Shown in pieces: positions 1 through 12,630 of a DNA stretch of 64,000 nt. Under the pieces are notes generated by a model. That model searched no databases and was not told the DNA's origin. It was given only the letters and a program-made list of their open reading frames with translations. Position 1 is the first letter of the stretch. The number at the start of each line of letters is the position of its first letter. The DNA comes from Escherichia coli (GTDB taxonomy: Bacteria > Pseudomonadota > Gammaproteobacteria > Enterobacterales > Enterobacteriaceae). The stretch is taken from assembly GCF_050920415.1 (NCBI RefSeq), contig NZ_CP169309.1. One strand, written 5' to 3'. A program made the translations under genes and the position numbers.

Positions 1-527
1 TTCAAACGACCATATACACCATCACCGCTAATTTTGGCGATGATCTCTTTATAGCCACCATGTTCACCCTCGCTGGCGCTCATGATTTCTACACGCCAGC
101 GGCGGGCTTCGGCGTAACGGCTGTACATACGGAACAGATCGCCAGCGAAGAGCGCCGCTTCGTCGCCGCCGGTTCCGGCACGGACTTCGAGGAAGGCGTT
201 ACGTTCGTCATCAGGATCTTTTGGTAGTAACAGAACCTGTAATTGCTGTTCCAGTTGCTCGCTTTTTTCTTTAGCTTCGCGCAGTTCATCCTGCGCCATC
301 TCACGCATTTCAGGATCGTCGAGCATCATCTGTGCGGTTTCGATATCTTCCTGAACCTGTTGCCAGTCGGTAAAACAGCGCGAAACATCACTTAACTGCG
401 CATATTCGCGTGATAATGCGCGAAAACGTTCCTGGTCGGCGATAGTTTGCGCCTCACCCAGCAATGCCTGAACTTCTTCATGGCGTTCATGCAGGGCTTC
501 CAGTTTGGCAACGATAGAAGGCTTCAT
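1..527 (-). CDS. prfA: Peptide chain release factor 1 (partial; start codon at 527, C-terminal part lies beyond the window start)
   Basis: Reverse complement of 498-527 reads ATGAAGCCTTCTATCGTTGCCAAACTGGAAG = [10 protein letters not shown], matching the RF1 N-terminus; frame stays open to position 1; 41 bp downstream of hemA as in K-12. Confidence 0.9.
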   Translation of the reverse strand, partial: MKPSIVAKLEALHERHEEVQALLGEAQTIADQERFRALSREYAQLSDVSRCFTDWQQVQEDIETAQMMLDDPEMREMAQDELREAKEKSEQLEQQLQVLLLPKDPDDERNAFLEVRAGTGGDEAALFAGDLFRMYSRYAEARRWRVEIMSASEGEHGGYKEIIAKISGDGVYGRL

Positions 528-568
528 AGGCGTAAATGCACCCTGTAAAAAAAGAAAATGATGTACTG

Positions 569-1825
569 CTACTCCAGCCCGAGGCTGTCGCGCAGAATAT
601 TCAGGCGTTCGTTATCCCCGTCACGGGCGGCCTGTTGAAGTGATTTCGTTGGCACATGGATCAGGCGGTTAGTCAGTTTCCATGCCAGATCCTGCATAAT
701 GGCTTGAGCGTCGCCGCCCTGCTCAAGGGCCGCTAACGCTTTGGCGGTTAACTCATCGCGAACTTGCTCTGCCTGGCTGCGATACTCGCGAATGGTTTCG
801 CTGGCGCTTTGTGCACGCAGCCACGCCATAAATTCGCTGGTTTCCTGGGCGACGATAGTCTCCGCCTCAACTGCGGCAGCTTTACGTTGCGCCAGGTTGT
901 GCGAAATAATGCTTTGTAGATCGTCAACACTATAAAGGTAAGCATTCGCCAGTTTGCCAACTTCCGGCTCAACATCGCGCGGAACGGCAATATCTACCAA
1001 CAGCATCGGTTGGTTGCGACGGCTTTTTAATGCGCGCTCCACCATGCCTTTTCCGATAATCGGTAACGGGCTGGCGGTGGAACTGATGATGATATCGGCT
1101 TCGCGCAGACGTTCGTCAATATCGCTCAAGGCAATCACTTCTGCGCCGACTTCATCTGCCAGAATTTGGGCGCGTTCGCGAGTACGGTTGGCGATAATCA
1201 TCTTCTGTACTTTGTGTTCACGTAGATGACGCGCCACCAGCTCGATGGTTTCGCCCGCACCCACCAGCAGTACCGTCACCGTAGAGAGCGATTCAAAGAT
1301 CTGACGCGCCAGCGTACAAGCCGCAAAAGCGACAGACACAGCGCTGGCACCGATATCGGTTTCAGTACGAACGCGTTTTGCGACAGAGAAAGATTTCTGG
1401 AACATGCGTTCCAGTTCGCTGGCCTTCATATGGCCTTTTTGCGAATCGGCAAACGCCTTTTTAACCTGACCGAGGATCTGCGGTTCCCCCAGAACCAGTG
1501 AATCCAGGCCGCTGGCAACACGCATTAAATGGCTAACTGCATCGTTATCCTGATGCCAGTAGAGGCTTTTACGCAGATCGTCTTCATTGAGATTATGGTA
1601 ATCGCAAAGCCAACGAATTAACGCCTCTTGCAGGTTATCCTGCTCTTCAACGCTAAGATAAAGTTCTGTGCGGTTACACGTCGACAGTACCACGCCGCCC
1701 TGCACCATCGGCTGCGCAAGCAGGCTGTCAAGCGCCTGATCGAGCTTATCCGGCGAAAACGATACACGTTCTCGCAGCGATACAGGAGCCGTTTTATGGT
1801 TGATACCGAGTGCTAAAAGGGTCAT
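569..1825 (-). CDS. hemA: Glutamyl-tRNA reductase
   Basis: ORF 569..2023 contains [21 protein letters not shown]... (HemA N-terminus); start trimmed to the ATG at 1825, giving 418 aa. Confidence 0.93.
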   Translation of the reverse strand: MTLLALGINHKTAPVSLRERVSFSPDKLDQALDSLLAQPMVQGGVVLSTCNRTELYLSVEEQDNLQEALIRWLCDYHNLNEDDLRKSLYWHQDNDAVSHLMRVASGLDSLVLGEPQILGQVKKAFADSQKGHMKASELERMFQKSFSVAKRVRTETDIGASAVSVAFAACTLARQIFESLSTVTVLLVGAGETIELVARHLREHKVQKMIIANRTRERAQILADEVGAEVIALSDIDERLREADIIISSTASPLPIIGKGMVERALKSRRNQPMLLVDIAVPRDVEPEVGKLANAYLYSVDDLQSIISHNLAQRKAAAVEAETIVAQETSEFMAWLRAQSASETIREYRSQAEQVRDELTAKALAALEQGGDAQAIMQDLAWKLTNRLIHVPTKSLQQAARDGDNERLNILRDSLGLE

Positions 1826-1969
1826 GTCTGCGGGAAATAATACCAACGTTGATAGGGTTAGTCTGCTCGCATCATACAGGATGCGCGAGATCAATAAAAG
1901 AGAGTGCCCCCTTTTGGAGTAATTGCCGAAAGCCGTTAGATTCTGGCAATTAAGACAACTTGAACATAG

Positions 1970-2661
<692 letters not shown>

Positions 2662-2662
<1 letters not shown>

Positions 2663-3513
2663 TGCGGACACAGTGGCCCTCTCCAGCAAAACTTAATCTG
2701 TTTTTATACATTACCGGTCAGCGTTCGGACGGTTACCACACGCTGCAAACGCTGTTTCAGTTTCTTGATTACGGCGACACCATCAGCATTGAGCTTCGTG
2801 ACGATGGGGATATTCGTCTGTTAACCCCCGTTGAAGGCGTGGAACATGAAGATAACCTGATCGTTCGCGCAGCACGGTTGCTGATGAAAACAGCAGCCGC
2901 CAGCGGGCGTCTTCCTACGGGAAGCGGTGCAGAAATCAGTATTGACAAGCGTTTGCCGATGGGCGGCGGTCTAGGTGGTGGTTCATCCAATGCCGCGACG
3001 GTGCTGGTGGCATTAAACCATCTCTGGCAATGCGGGCTAAGCATTGATGAACTGGCGGAAATGGGGCTGACGCTGGGCGCAGATGTTCCTGTCTTTGTTC
3101 GGGGGCATGCCGCGTTTGCCGAAGGCGTTGGTGAAATACTAACGCCGGTGGATCCGCCAGAGAAGTGGTACTTGGTGGCGCACCCTGGTGTAAGTATTCC
3201 GACACCGGTGATTTTTAAAGATCCTGAACTCCCGCGCAATACGCCAAAAAGGTCAATAGAAACGTTGCTAAAATGTGAATTCAGCAATGATTGCGAGGTT
3301 ATCGCAAGAAAACGTTTTCGCGAGGTTGATGCGGTGCTTTCCTGGCTGTTAGAATACGCCCCGTCGCGCCTGACTGGGACAGGGGCCTGTGTCTTTGCTG
3401 AATTTGATACAGAGTCTGAAGCCCGCCAGGTGCTAGAGCAAGCCCCGGAATGGCTCAATGGCTTTGTGGCGAAAGGCGTTAATCTTTCCCCATTGCACAG
3501 AGCCATGCTTTAA
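2662..3513 (+). CDS. ispE: 4-diphosphocytidyl-2-C-methyl-D-erythritol kinase
   Basis: 283-aa ORF with GHMP-kinase glycine-rich motif ([14 protein letters not shown]); start overlaps lolB stop by 1 nt. Confidence 0.93.
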
Positions 3514-3537
3514 GCCGGGCAAGCTGAGTTTCGGTGA

Positions 3538-4611
<1,074 letters not shown>

Positions 4612-4629
4612 TCGAACCCGGCTCAAAGA

Positions 4630-4650
4630 CCCGCTGCGGCGGGTTTTTTT
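4630..4650 (+). terminator. Intrinsic terminator downstream of prs
   Basis: cccgc-tgcg-gcggg stem-loop followed by a run of 7 T. Confidence 0.7.
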
Positions 4651-4735
4651 GTCTGTAATATCCATTTGTATGACCTATGCCTCCTTCACCTGCCATTTAG
4701 TTGACAGATGATGCGCTCACGGATGAAACATTATT

Positions 4736-6415
4736 GTGAACAAAATATTTTCCTCACATGTGATGCCTTTCCGCGCTCTGATCGACGCTTGCTGGAAAGA
4801 AAAATATACTGCCGCACGGTTTACCCGTGACCTGATTGCCGGGATAACCGTCGGGATTATTGCTATCCCGCTGGCGATGGCGTTGGCTATTGGTAGTGGT
4901 GTGGCACCCCAGTACGGTTTATATACCGCAGCTGTTGCGGGGATTGTCATTGCTCTGACGGGGGGGTCACGCTTTAGCGTTTCCGGTCCGACTGCGGCAT
5001 TTGTGGTAATTCTCTATCCCGTTTCGCAACAGTTTGGACTGGCAGGACTGCTGGTCGCGACCTTGCTGTCGGGGATCTTTTTGATTCTGATGGGGCTGGC
5101 ACGCTTTGGTCGCCTGATTGAGTATATTCCGGTTTCCGTCACCTTAGGTTTCACCTCGGGTATCGGGATCACCATCGGTACCATGCAGATTAAAGATTTT
5201 CTCGGTCTGCAAATGGCCCATGTCCCGGAACATTATCTACAAAAAGTCGGCGCATTATTTATGGCGCTGCCGACCATTAATGTGGGTGATGCTGCCATTG
5301 GCATTGTGACGCTTGGCATTCTGGTTTTCTGGCCGCGTCTGGGCATTCGTTTGCCTGGTCACCTTCCGGCCTTACTCGCTGGTTGCGCGGTGATGGGGGT
5401 TGTTAACCTGCTCGGCGGACATGTTGCTACCATCGGTTCGCAATTCCACTACGTTCTGGCCGATGGTTCTCAGGGTAACGGTATTCCGCAATTGCTGCCA
5501 CAACTGGTGCTGCCATGGGATCTACCTGATTCAGAATTCACGCTAACCTGGGATTCTATTCGCACACTGCTGCCTGCGGCATTCTCAATGGCAATGCTCG
5601 GCGCAATCGAATCTCTGCTCTGCGCCGTGGTACTGGATGGTATGACCGGAACGAAACACAAAGCGAACAGCGAACTGGTTGGACAGGGACTGGGGAATAT
5701 CATCGCCCCGTTCTTTGGTGGTATTACCGCTACAGCTGCCATCGCGCGTTCTGCCGCTAACGTCCGTGCCGGGGCAACTTCCCCTATCTCGGCGGTGATC
5801 CACTCTATTCTGGTTATTCTTGCCCTGCTGGTACTGGCACCGCTGCTCTCCTGGCTGCCGCTTTCCGCCATGGCGGCCCTGCTGTTGATGGTAGCGTGGA
5901 ACATGAGTGAAGCGCACAAAGTGGTCGACTTGCTGCGTCATGCGCCGAAAGATGACATCATCGTCATGCTACTGTGTATGTCATTGACTGTGCTGTTTGA
6001 TATGGTTATTGCCATCAGTGTGGGGATCGTGTTGGCATCGCTGCTGTTTATGCGTCGTATCGCGCGTATGACTCGCCTGGCACCAGTAGTCGTAGACGTT
6101 CCAGACGATGTCCTGGTTCTGCGCGTTATTGGCCCGCTGTTCTTTGCTGCGGCTGAAGGCCTGTTCACGGACCTCGAGTCACGCCTCGAAGGCAAGCGGA
6201 TTGTCATTCTGAAGTGGGATGCCGTTCCGGTGCTTGATGCTGGTGGCCTTGATGCATTCCAGCGTTTTGTGAAGCGTCTGCCCGAAGGATGTGAACTCCG
6301 CGTGTGTAACGTGGAATTCCAGCCGCTGCGCACTATGGCTCGCGCAGGGATTCAACCGATCCCGGGACGCCTGGCGTTCTTCCCGAATCGTCGCGCGGCG
6401 ATGGCGGATTTATAA
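4736..6415 (+). CDS. dauA: SulP-family C4-dicarboxylate transporter DauA (YchM)
   Basis: 559-aa polytopic membrane ORF with C-terminal STAS-like region; GTG start. Confidence 0.9.
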   Translation: MNKIFSSHVMPFRALIDACWKEKYTAARFTRDLIAGITVGIIAIPLAMALAIGSGVAPQYGLYTAAVAGIVIALTGGSRFSVSGPTAAFVVILYPVSQQFGLAGLLVATLLSGIFLILMGLARFGRLIEYIPVSVTLGFTSGIGITIGTMQIKDFLGLQMAHVPEHYLQKVGALFMALPTINVGDAAIGIVTLGILVFWPRLGIRLPGHLPALLAGCAVMGVVNLLGGHVATIGSQFHYVLADGSQGNGIPQLLPQLVLPWDLPDSEFTLTWDSIRTLLPAAFSMAMLGAIESLLCAVVLDGMTGTKHKANSELVGQGLGNIIAPFFGGITATAAIARSAANVRAGATSPISAVIHSILVILALLVLAPLLSWLPLSAMAALLLMVAWNMSEAHKVVDLLRHAPKDDIIVMLLCMSLTVLFDMVIAISVGIVLASLLFMRRIARMTRLAPVVVDVPDDVLVLRVIGPLFFAAAEGLFTDLESRLEGKRIVILKWDAVPVLDAGGLDAFQRFVKRLPEGCELRVCNVEFQPLRTMARAGIQPIPGRLAFFPNRRAAMADL

Positions 6416-6469
6416 GTACGAAATTGACCAGTCAGCGCAAACTGACTGGTCAGCAAACGGCATTATTTG

Positions 6470-6748
6470 TTAGCTATGACGGCGATTATCGCTACGGCGG
6501 CAACGTTTGTCATAGTGGCGAACCCACCAGTAACGGTCGCACACCTGTTCATGCCCGCCAACACGGGCACCCGCCAGCCAGAGAATGGCACCGACGAAAA
6601 TACTTAGCACTGCACCATGTGCGAAATACTGGGGCATATTAAACTGTGGTAACTGGTTGAGGATTGAATACCCCACGCCGACCACCATTACCACCAGACC
6701 CAACCCCATGAGCACGTTACCGAGTAACGAAGCGTTTTTGCGTTTCAT
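6470..6748 (-). CDS. ychH: Small inner-membrane stress-induced protein YchH
   Basis: 92-aa ORF with hydrophobic core and basic C-terminus, matching YchH as remembered. Confidence 0.85.
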   Translation of the reverse strand: MKRKNASLLGNVLMGLGLVVMVVGVGYSILNQLPQFNMPQYFAHGAVLSIFVGAILWLAGARVGGHEQVCDRYWWVRHYDKRCRRSDNRRHS

Positions 6749-7025
6749 ATGTCACCTCCGGAACTTTCTGGGTTGTAACAGGGAATACCCCTCTTCCTTA
6801 TGTGTAAAGTATAGACAACACCCTGTGGGTTATGTGCGGGCGTGATCACAATTACAACCCTTATTTCAACAAAACTTTACAAATAAACGCCTGAACACCT
6901 TGACTTTCTAATAGTCCACTTAGGCAATTATTGCGTTATCTGCATTTGATACGCAGTTTTTTGTCAAGCGGGGCCGCAACCAGTAAACTACGCGCCAGTT
7001 ATGTACACACTCAGGACAAAAAAAC

Positions 7026-7610
7026 GTGACGATTAAATTGATTGTCGGCCTGGCGAACCCCGGCGCTGAATACGCCGCAACGCGACATAATGCTGGTGCC
7101 TGGTTCGTTGACTTACTGGCAGAGCGTTTGCGTGCTCCGCTGCGCGAAGAGGCTAAATTCTTTGGTTATACTTCGCGAGTCACCCTTGGAGGCGAAGATG
7201 TCCGCCTGTTAGTCCCGACTACATTTATGAATCTCAGCGGCAAAGCCGTTGCGGCGATGGCCAGTTTTTTCCGCATTAATCCGGACGAAATTCTGGTTGC
7301 CCACGACGAACTGGATCTGCCACCTGGCGTCGCCAAATTTAAGTTGGGCGGTGGCCATGGTGGTCACAATGGACTGAAAGACATCATCAGTAAATTGGGT
7401 AATAACCCTAACTTTCACCGTTTACGCATCGGAATCGGTCATCCAGGCGATAAAAATAAAGTTGTCGGTTTTGTGTTAGGCAAACCGCCTGTTAGTGAAC
7501 AGAAGTTAATTGATGAAGCCATCGACGAAGCGGCACGTTGTACTGAAATGTGGTTTACAGAGGGCTTGACCAAAGCAACGAACCGATTGCACGCCTTTAA
7601 AGCGCAATAA
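7026..7610 (+). CDS. pth: Peptidyl-tRNA hydrolase
   Basis: 194-aa ORF ([27 protein letters not shown]...) with GTG start. Confidence 0.93.
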   Translation: MTIKLIVGLANPGAEYAATRHNAGAWFVDLLAERLRAPLREEAKFFGYTSRVTLGGEDVRLLVPTTFMNLSGKAVAAMASFFRINPDEILVAHDELDLPPGVAKFKLGGGHGGHNGLKDIISKLGNNPNFHRLRIGIGHPGDKNKVVGFVLGKPPVSEQKLIDEAIDEAARCTEMWFTEGLTKATNRLHAFKAQ

Positions 7611-7726
7611 GTCGTTGTCTGCGGCATTTTTGCCGAGTGCCGTGTATAATAGGCAAAGTTATTTCCATTTCTGCAATCTGTTAGCAATAACAGGTTGATT
7701 ATTAAGATATTAAGGTGATTTAAATC

Positions 7727-8818
7727 ATGGGATTCAAATGCGGTATCGTCGGTTTGCCCAACGTCGGGAAATCTACCCTGTTCAACGCGCTGACCAAAGC
7801 CGGTATTGAAGCGGCCAACTTTCCATTCTGCACCATCGAGCCGAACACAGGCGTCGTACCAATGCCTGACCCTCGCCTGGATCAACTGGCTGAAATCGTA
7901 AAACCGCAGCGTACGCTTCCCACGACCATGGAATTTGTCGATATCGCCGGTCTGGTAAAAGGCGCATCGAAAGGCGAAGGTCTGGGTAACCAGTTCCTGA
8001 CCAACATCCGTGAAACCGAAGCGATCGGTCACGTTGTTCGCTGCTTTGAAAACGACAACATCATTCACGTTTCCGGCAAAGTTAACCCGGCGGATGATAT
8101 TGAAGTTATCAACACAGAACTGGCGCTGGCAGACCTCGACACCTGCGAACGTGCGATTCATCGCGTACAGAAGAAAGCCAAAGGCGGCGATAAAGACGCG
8201 AAAGCCGAGCTGGCGGTACTGGAAAAATGCCTGCCACAGCTGGAAAACGCAGGTATGCTGCGCGCGCTGGATTTAAGCGCTGAAGAGAAAGCGGCTATTC
8301 GTTACCTGAGCTTCCTGACGCTGAAACCAACAATGTACATCGCCAACGTCAACGAAGACGGTTTTGAAAACAACCCGTATCTTGACCAGGTGCGTGAAAT
8401 CGCGGCGAAAGAAGGTTCTGTTGTGGTTCCGGTTTGTGCTGCTGTTGAAGCAGACATTGCCGAACTGGACGACGAAGAACGTGACGAGTTTATGCAGGAG
8501 CTTGGGCTGGAAGAGCCGGGCCTAAACCGCGTGATCCGTGCCGGTTATAAGCTGCTGAACCTGCAAACTTACTTCACCGCTGGGGTGAAAGAAGTGCGTG
8601 CATGGACCATTCCGGTTGGTGCAACCGCGCCGCAGGCCGCTGGCAAAATCCATACTGATTTTGAAAAAGGCTTTATCCGTGCACAAACTATTTCGTTCGA
8701 AGATTTCATCACTTACAAAGGTGAACAAGGCGCGAAAGAAGCGGGCAAAATGCGTGCAGAAGGTAAAGATTACATCGTTAAAGATGGCGATGTAATGAAC
8801 TTCCTGTTCAATGTCTAA
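7727..8818 (+). CDS. ychF: Ribosome-binding ATPase YchF (Obg-family GTPase-like)
   Basis: 363-aa ORF with P-loop GLPNVGKST and C-terminal TGS domain. Confidence 0.93.
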
Positions 8819-8876
8819 TTAATTTGTTGTCTCATGAGGTTTCGCTAAATCTCATGAAGAGCGCAAAAGTATATAA

Positions 8877-8902
8877 AATCCACGCAATTGCGTGGATTTT
8901 TT
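8877..8902 (+). terminator. Intrinsic terminator downstream of ychF
   Basis: Perfect 11-bp inverted repeat aatccacgcaa/ttgcgtggatt followed by TTTTTT. Confidence 0.7.
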
Positions 8903-9663
8903 CATTTCACCGAGTCCTAACCATTCTTATAACATCCTACACTTTTGTGCTTATTGCCTATAGTGAACCACGAGAATAATTAAAGACATAAGTGTTCAGA
9001 TGAGGGATATCTCATTAGCAATGAGATCACGTAAGTTTGTGTTCCACTGCACATCAGACACCTTTTACAGCTGATCAATATTGATCACGTTCCAATATGC
9101 TGGCGAGAAAAGGACTTGCCTGAAGAGCAATATCCAGCAGATAAAGCCCCCGAATAACGTGATTACGTGCGATCCTGGCAAGATGAAAATGATAACCAGT
9201 ATCACGATAATAACGATATGCCAGAAAATCCATTGATCAAAAATGAATATCGATGTTTTTTGCTTTTTCTTATTAGTAATGCAAAAATGGCTCATATTGT
9301 TTTTGTTATGCAGTTACATCAAGCGAAAATCCCATAACTAATTAGGATTATTACCAAAAATATTCACCAAATTATTTAACCGCTGTTTGTTGTAATGTTT
9401 TTGTCATATTCATAGTAACGAATTGGAATAAGTAACGACAACTTAGGGAATAACTCGATCTAAACTCACCTTTGTAAAGGGGATGTTAAATATATATTAA
9501 TTCCTGTGTTCCTGATTTTGCCCGGTAATAGAGAATTATTCTCAGAGCAGCTCATCATGATTGCACCATACAAATATCATGATGATAAGAGGATATTATT
9601 CATTGACTTAAACAAAATGACAAAATCCATAGACCCATAGCTTGGGTACTATATAGGAGTGGT

Positions 9664-12531
9664 ATGGGCATCAAACAACACAATGGGAATACCAAAGCCG
9701 ATCGTCTCGCTGAATTAAAAATCCGTTCGCCCTCCATTCAACTGATAAAATATGGCGCTATTGGTTTGAATGCAATTATCTTTTCCCCCCTGCTGATAGC
9801 TGCTGATTTAGGAAGTCAAAATGGCACCAATATTACTATTAATGATGGTGACAGAATTACAGGAGATACCGCCGATCCATCAGGAAACCTCTATGGTGTA
9901 ATGACCCCAGCAGGAAACACGCCTGGCAATATCAACCTGGGTGATGATGTCACCGTCAATGTCAACGACGCCTCTGGATATGCAAAGGGAATCATTATTC
10001 AGGGCAAGAACAGCTCTCTGACAGCTAACCGACTTACAGTAGATGTTGTTGGTCAAACCTCTGCCATCGGCATTAATTTAATTGGTGACTATACACATGC
10101 TGACTTAGGCACAGGCAGCACCATTAAGAGTAACGATGACGGCATCATTATTGGGCATAGCTCAACACTAACAGCCTCTCAATTCACCATTGAAAACTCG
10201 AACGGTATAGGCCTAACCATCAATGACTATGGCACCAGTGTCGATCTTGGAAGCGGTAGTAAAATCAAGACCGATGGAAGTACAGGTGTTTATATCGGTG
10301 GTCTCAACGGCAATAACGCCAACGGTGCTGCGCGTTTTACGGCGACAGACCTGACAATCGATGTTCAGGGCTACAGCGCCATGGGAATAAACGTACAGAA
10401 AAACTCTGTTGTCGATCTCGGAACAAACAGTACCATTAAAACCAATGGCGATAATGCACACGGCCTCTGGAGCTTTGGCCAGGTGAGCGCGAATGCACTC
10501 ACTGTTGATGTAACTGGAGCCGCTGCCAATGGCGTCGAAGTTCGTGGTGGTACAACCACTATCGGTGCTGATAGCCATATTTCTTCCGCGCAGGGCGGTG
10601 GCCTCGTAACCAGTGGTTCAGACGCGACAATCAATTTTTCTGGCACGGCAGCGCAACGAAACAGCATCTTTTCCAGCGGTTCTTATGGTGCCTCAGCCCA
10701 GACGGCAACGGCTGTTATCAACATGCAAAATACCGATATTACGGTTGATCGTAATGGCAGTCTGGCGCTGGGTTTGTGGGCGCTCAGCGGCGGTAGAATA
10801 ACCGGAGACAGTTTGGCTATCACCGGCGCGGCAGGAGCCAGGGGGATTTATGCCATGACCAACAGCCAGATCGATCTCACGAGCGATCTGGTCATTGATA
10901 TGAGTACACCCGACCAGATGGCCATCGCAACGCAACATGACGATGGTTATGCCGCCAGCCGCATCAACGCCTCGGGTCGTATGCTTATCAACGGTAGCGT
11001 TCTTTCTAAAGGTGGGCTAATCAATCTGGATATGCACCCTGGGTCGGTTTGGACAGGTTCTTCCCTCAGCGATAATGTCAATGGCGGAAAACTGGACGTT
11101 GCAATGAATAACAGCGTCTGGAACGTAACAAGTAATTCTAATCTCGACACGCTGGCGCTGAGCCATTCAACTGTCGATTTTGCCAGCCACGCGTCAACTG
11201 CCGGCACATTTACCACATTAAACGTAGAGAACCTTAGCGGTAACAGTACCTTTATTATGCGTGCTGATGTTGTTGGCGAGGGTAATGGCGTTAATAATAA
11301 AGGAGATTTATTGAATATCTGCGGGAGTAGTGCTGGTAATCACGTATTGGCTATCCGTAACCAGGGCAGCGAGGCCACAACGGGAAATGAAGTTCTGACA
11401 GTGGTAAAAACCACTGACGGCGCGGCCTCGTTCAGCGCGTCTTCTCAGGTTGAGTTGGGGGGATATCTGTATGATGTGCGTAAAAATGGCACTAACTGGG
11501 AGCTTTATGCTTCCGGGACAATTCCGGAGCCGACTCCTAATCCAGAGCCCACACCAGCTCCCGCTCAGCCCCCCATAGTCAACCCCGATCCTACGCCTGC
11601 CCCCGCTCCCACGCCTAAACCCACCACGACCGCAGATGCTGGCGGCAATTATCTCAATGTCGGTTACTTATTGAACTATGTTGAAAACCGTACGCTGATG
11701 CAACGGATGGGTGACCTGCGAAATCAGGGTAAAGACGGTAATATCTGGTTGCGCAGTTATGGGGGAAGCCTGGACTCCTTTGCCAGTGGCAAACTGAGCG
11801 GCTTTGACATGGGTTACAGCGGTATCCAGTTTGGTGGGGATAAACGTCTCTCTGATGAAATGCCGTTGTATGTCGGTCTGTATATTGGCTCAACACATGC
11901 ATCGCCGGACTATAGCGGAGGCGACGGTACCGCACGTTCAGACTACATGGGAATGTACGCCAGTTACATGGCACACAACGGTTTTTACAGCGATCTCGTT
12001 GTAAAAGCATCGCACCAGAAAAATAGTTTCCACGTACTGGACAGTCAGAACAACGGCGTTAACGCCAACGGCACTGCGAATGGATTGAGCATCTCCCTGG
12101 AAGCCGGGCAGAGGTTCAACCTGACCCCTACTGGTTATGGGTTCTATATAGAGCCGCAAACCCAGCTCACATACAGCCACCAGAATGGGATGGCTATGAA
12201 GGCGAGTAATGGTCTCAATATACATCTGAATCACTACGAATCGCTGCTGGGGCGTGCCAGCATGATACTGGGATATGACATCACCGCAGGCAACAGCCAG
12301 CTGAATGTCTATGTGAAGACTGGCGCTATCCGCGAGTTTTCAGGGGATACCGAATATCTGTTGAACAACTCCCGGGAGAAGTACAGTTTCAAAGGTAATG
12401 GCTGGAATAACGGCGTGGGAGTCAGTGCACAGTATAACAAACAGCACACATTCTATCTCGAAGCGGATTACACGCAGGGTAACCTCTTTGATCAGAAGCA
12501 AGTCAACGGAGGATATCGCTTCAGCTTTTAA
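9664..12531 (+). CDS. ycgV: AIDA/pertactin-type autotransporter (putative adhesin YcgV)
   Basis: 955-aa ORF: extended signal region, Gly/Thr/Asn-rich beta-helix-like repeats, Pro-rich linker (PEPTPNPEPTPAPAQPP...), C-terminal beta-barrel ending ...YRFSF. Confidence 0.85.
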   Translation: MGIKQHNGNTKADRLAELKIRSPSIQLIKYGAIGLNAIIFSPLLIAADLGSQNGTNITINDGDRITGDTADPSGNLYGVMTPAGNTPGNINLGDDVTVNVNDASGYAKGIIIQGKNSSLTANRLTVDVVGQTSAIGINLIGDYTHADLGTGSTIKSNDDGIIIGHSSTLTASQFTIENSNGIGLTINDYGTSVDLGSGSKIKTDGSTGVYIGGLNGNNANGAARFTATDLTIDVQGYSAMGINVQKNSVVDLGTNSTIKTNGDNAHGLWSFGQVSANALTVDVTGAAANGVEVRGGTTTIGADSHISSAQGGGLVTSGSDATINFSGTAAQRNSIFSSGSYGASAQTATAVINMQNTDITVDRNGSLALGLWALSGGRITGDSLAITGAAGARGIYAMTNSQIDLTSDLVIDMSTPDQMAIATQHDDGYAASRINASGRMLINGSVLSKGGLINLDMHPGSVWTGSSLSDNVNGGKLDVAMNNSVWNVTSNSNLDTLALSHSTVDFASHASTAGTFTTLNVENLSGNSTFIMRADVVGEGNGVNNKGDLLNICGSSAGNHVLAIRNQGSEATTGNEVLTVVKTTDGAASFSASSQVELGGYLYDVRKNGTNWELYASGTIPEPTPNPEPTPAPAQPPIVNPDPTPAPAPTPKPTTTADAGGNYLNVGYLLNYVENRTLMQRMGDLRNQGKDGNIWLRSYGGSLDSFASGKLSGFDMGYSGIQFGGDKRLSDEMPLYVGLYIGSTHASPDYSGGDGTARSDYMGMYASYMAHNGFYSDLVVKASHQKNSFHVLDSQNNGVNANGTANGLSISLEAGQRFNLTPTGYGFYIEPQTQLTYSHQNGMAMKASNGLNIHLNHYESLLGRASMILGYDITAGNSQLNVYVKTGAIREFSGDTEYLLNNSREKYSFKGNGWNNGVGVSAQYNKQHTFYLEADYTQGNLFDQKQVNGGYRFSF

Positions 12532-12630
12532 GTGCGGGATAGACAAGCCCTTAAACGATGCTGAAAATTTTTAGCGTGCGCCGGAATGAAATACAGATCA
12601 CTCTGATGTATCAGAAATCGTCTCTGTCTT

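Noticed and set aside
741-1501. Plus-strand ORFs of 64-91 aa (741..935, 954..1229, 1226..1501) and minus-strand 748..990
   Set aside because: They lie entirely inside hemA in other frames or antisense; no independent coding evidence.
2769-3506. 245-aa minus-strand ORF, plus 2936..3205
   Set aside because: Antisense to ispE, with a low-complexity Ser/Pro/Ala-rich translation typical of a shadow frame in GC-rich coding DNA.
10213-12234. Several minus- and plus-strand ORFs of 60-120 aa within ycgV
   Set aside because: Alternate-frame artefacts inside the 955-aa autotransporter ORF.
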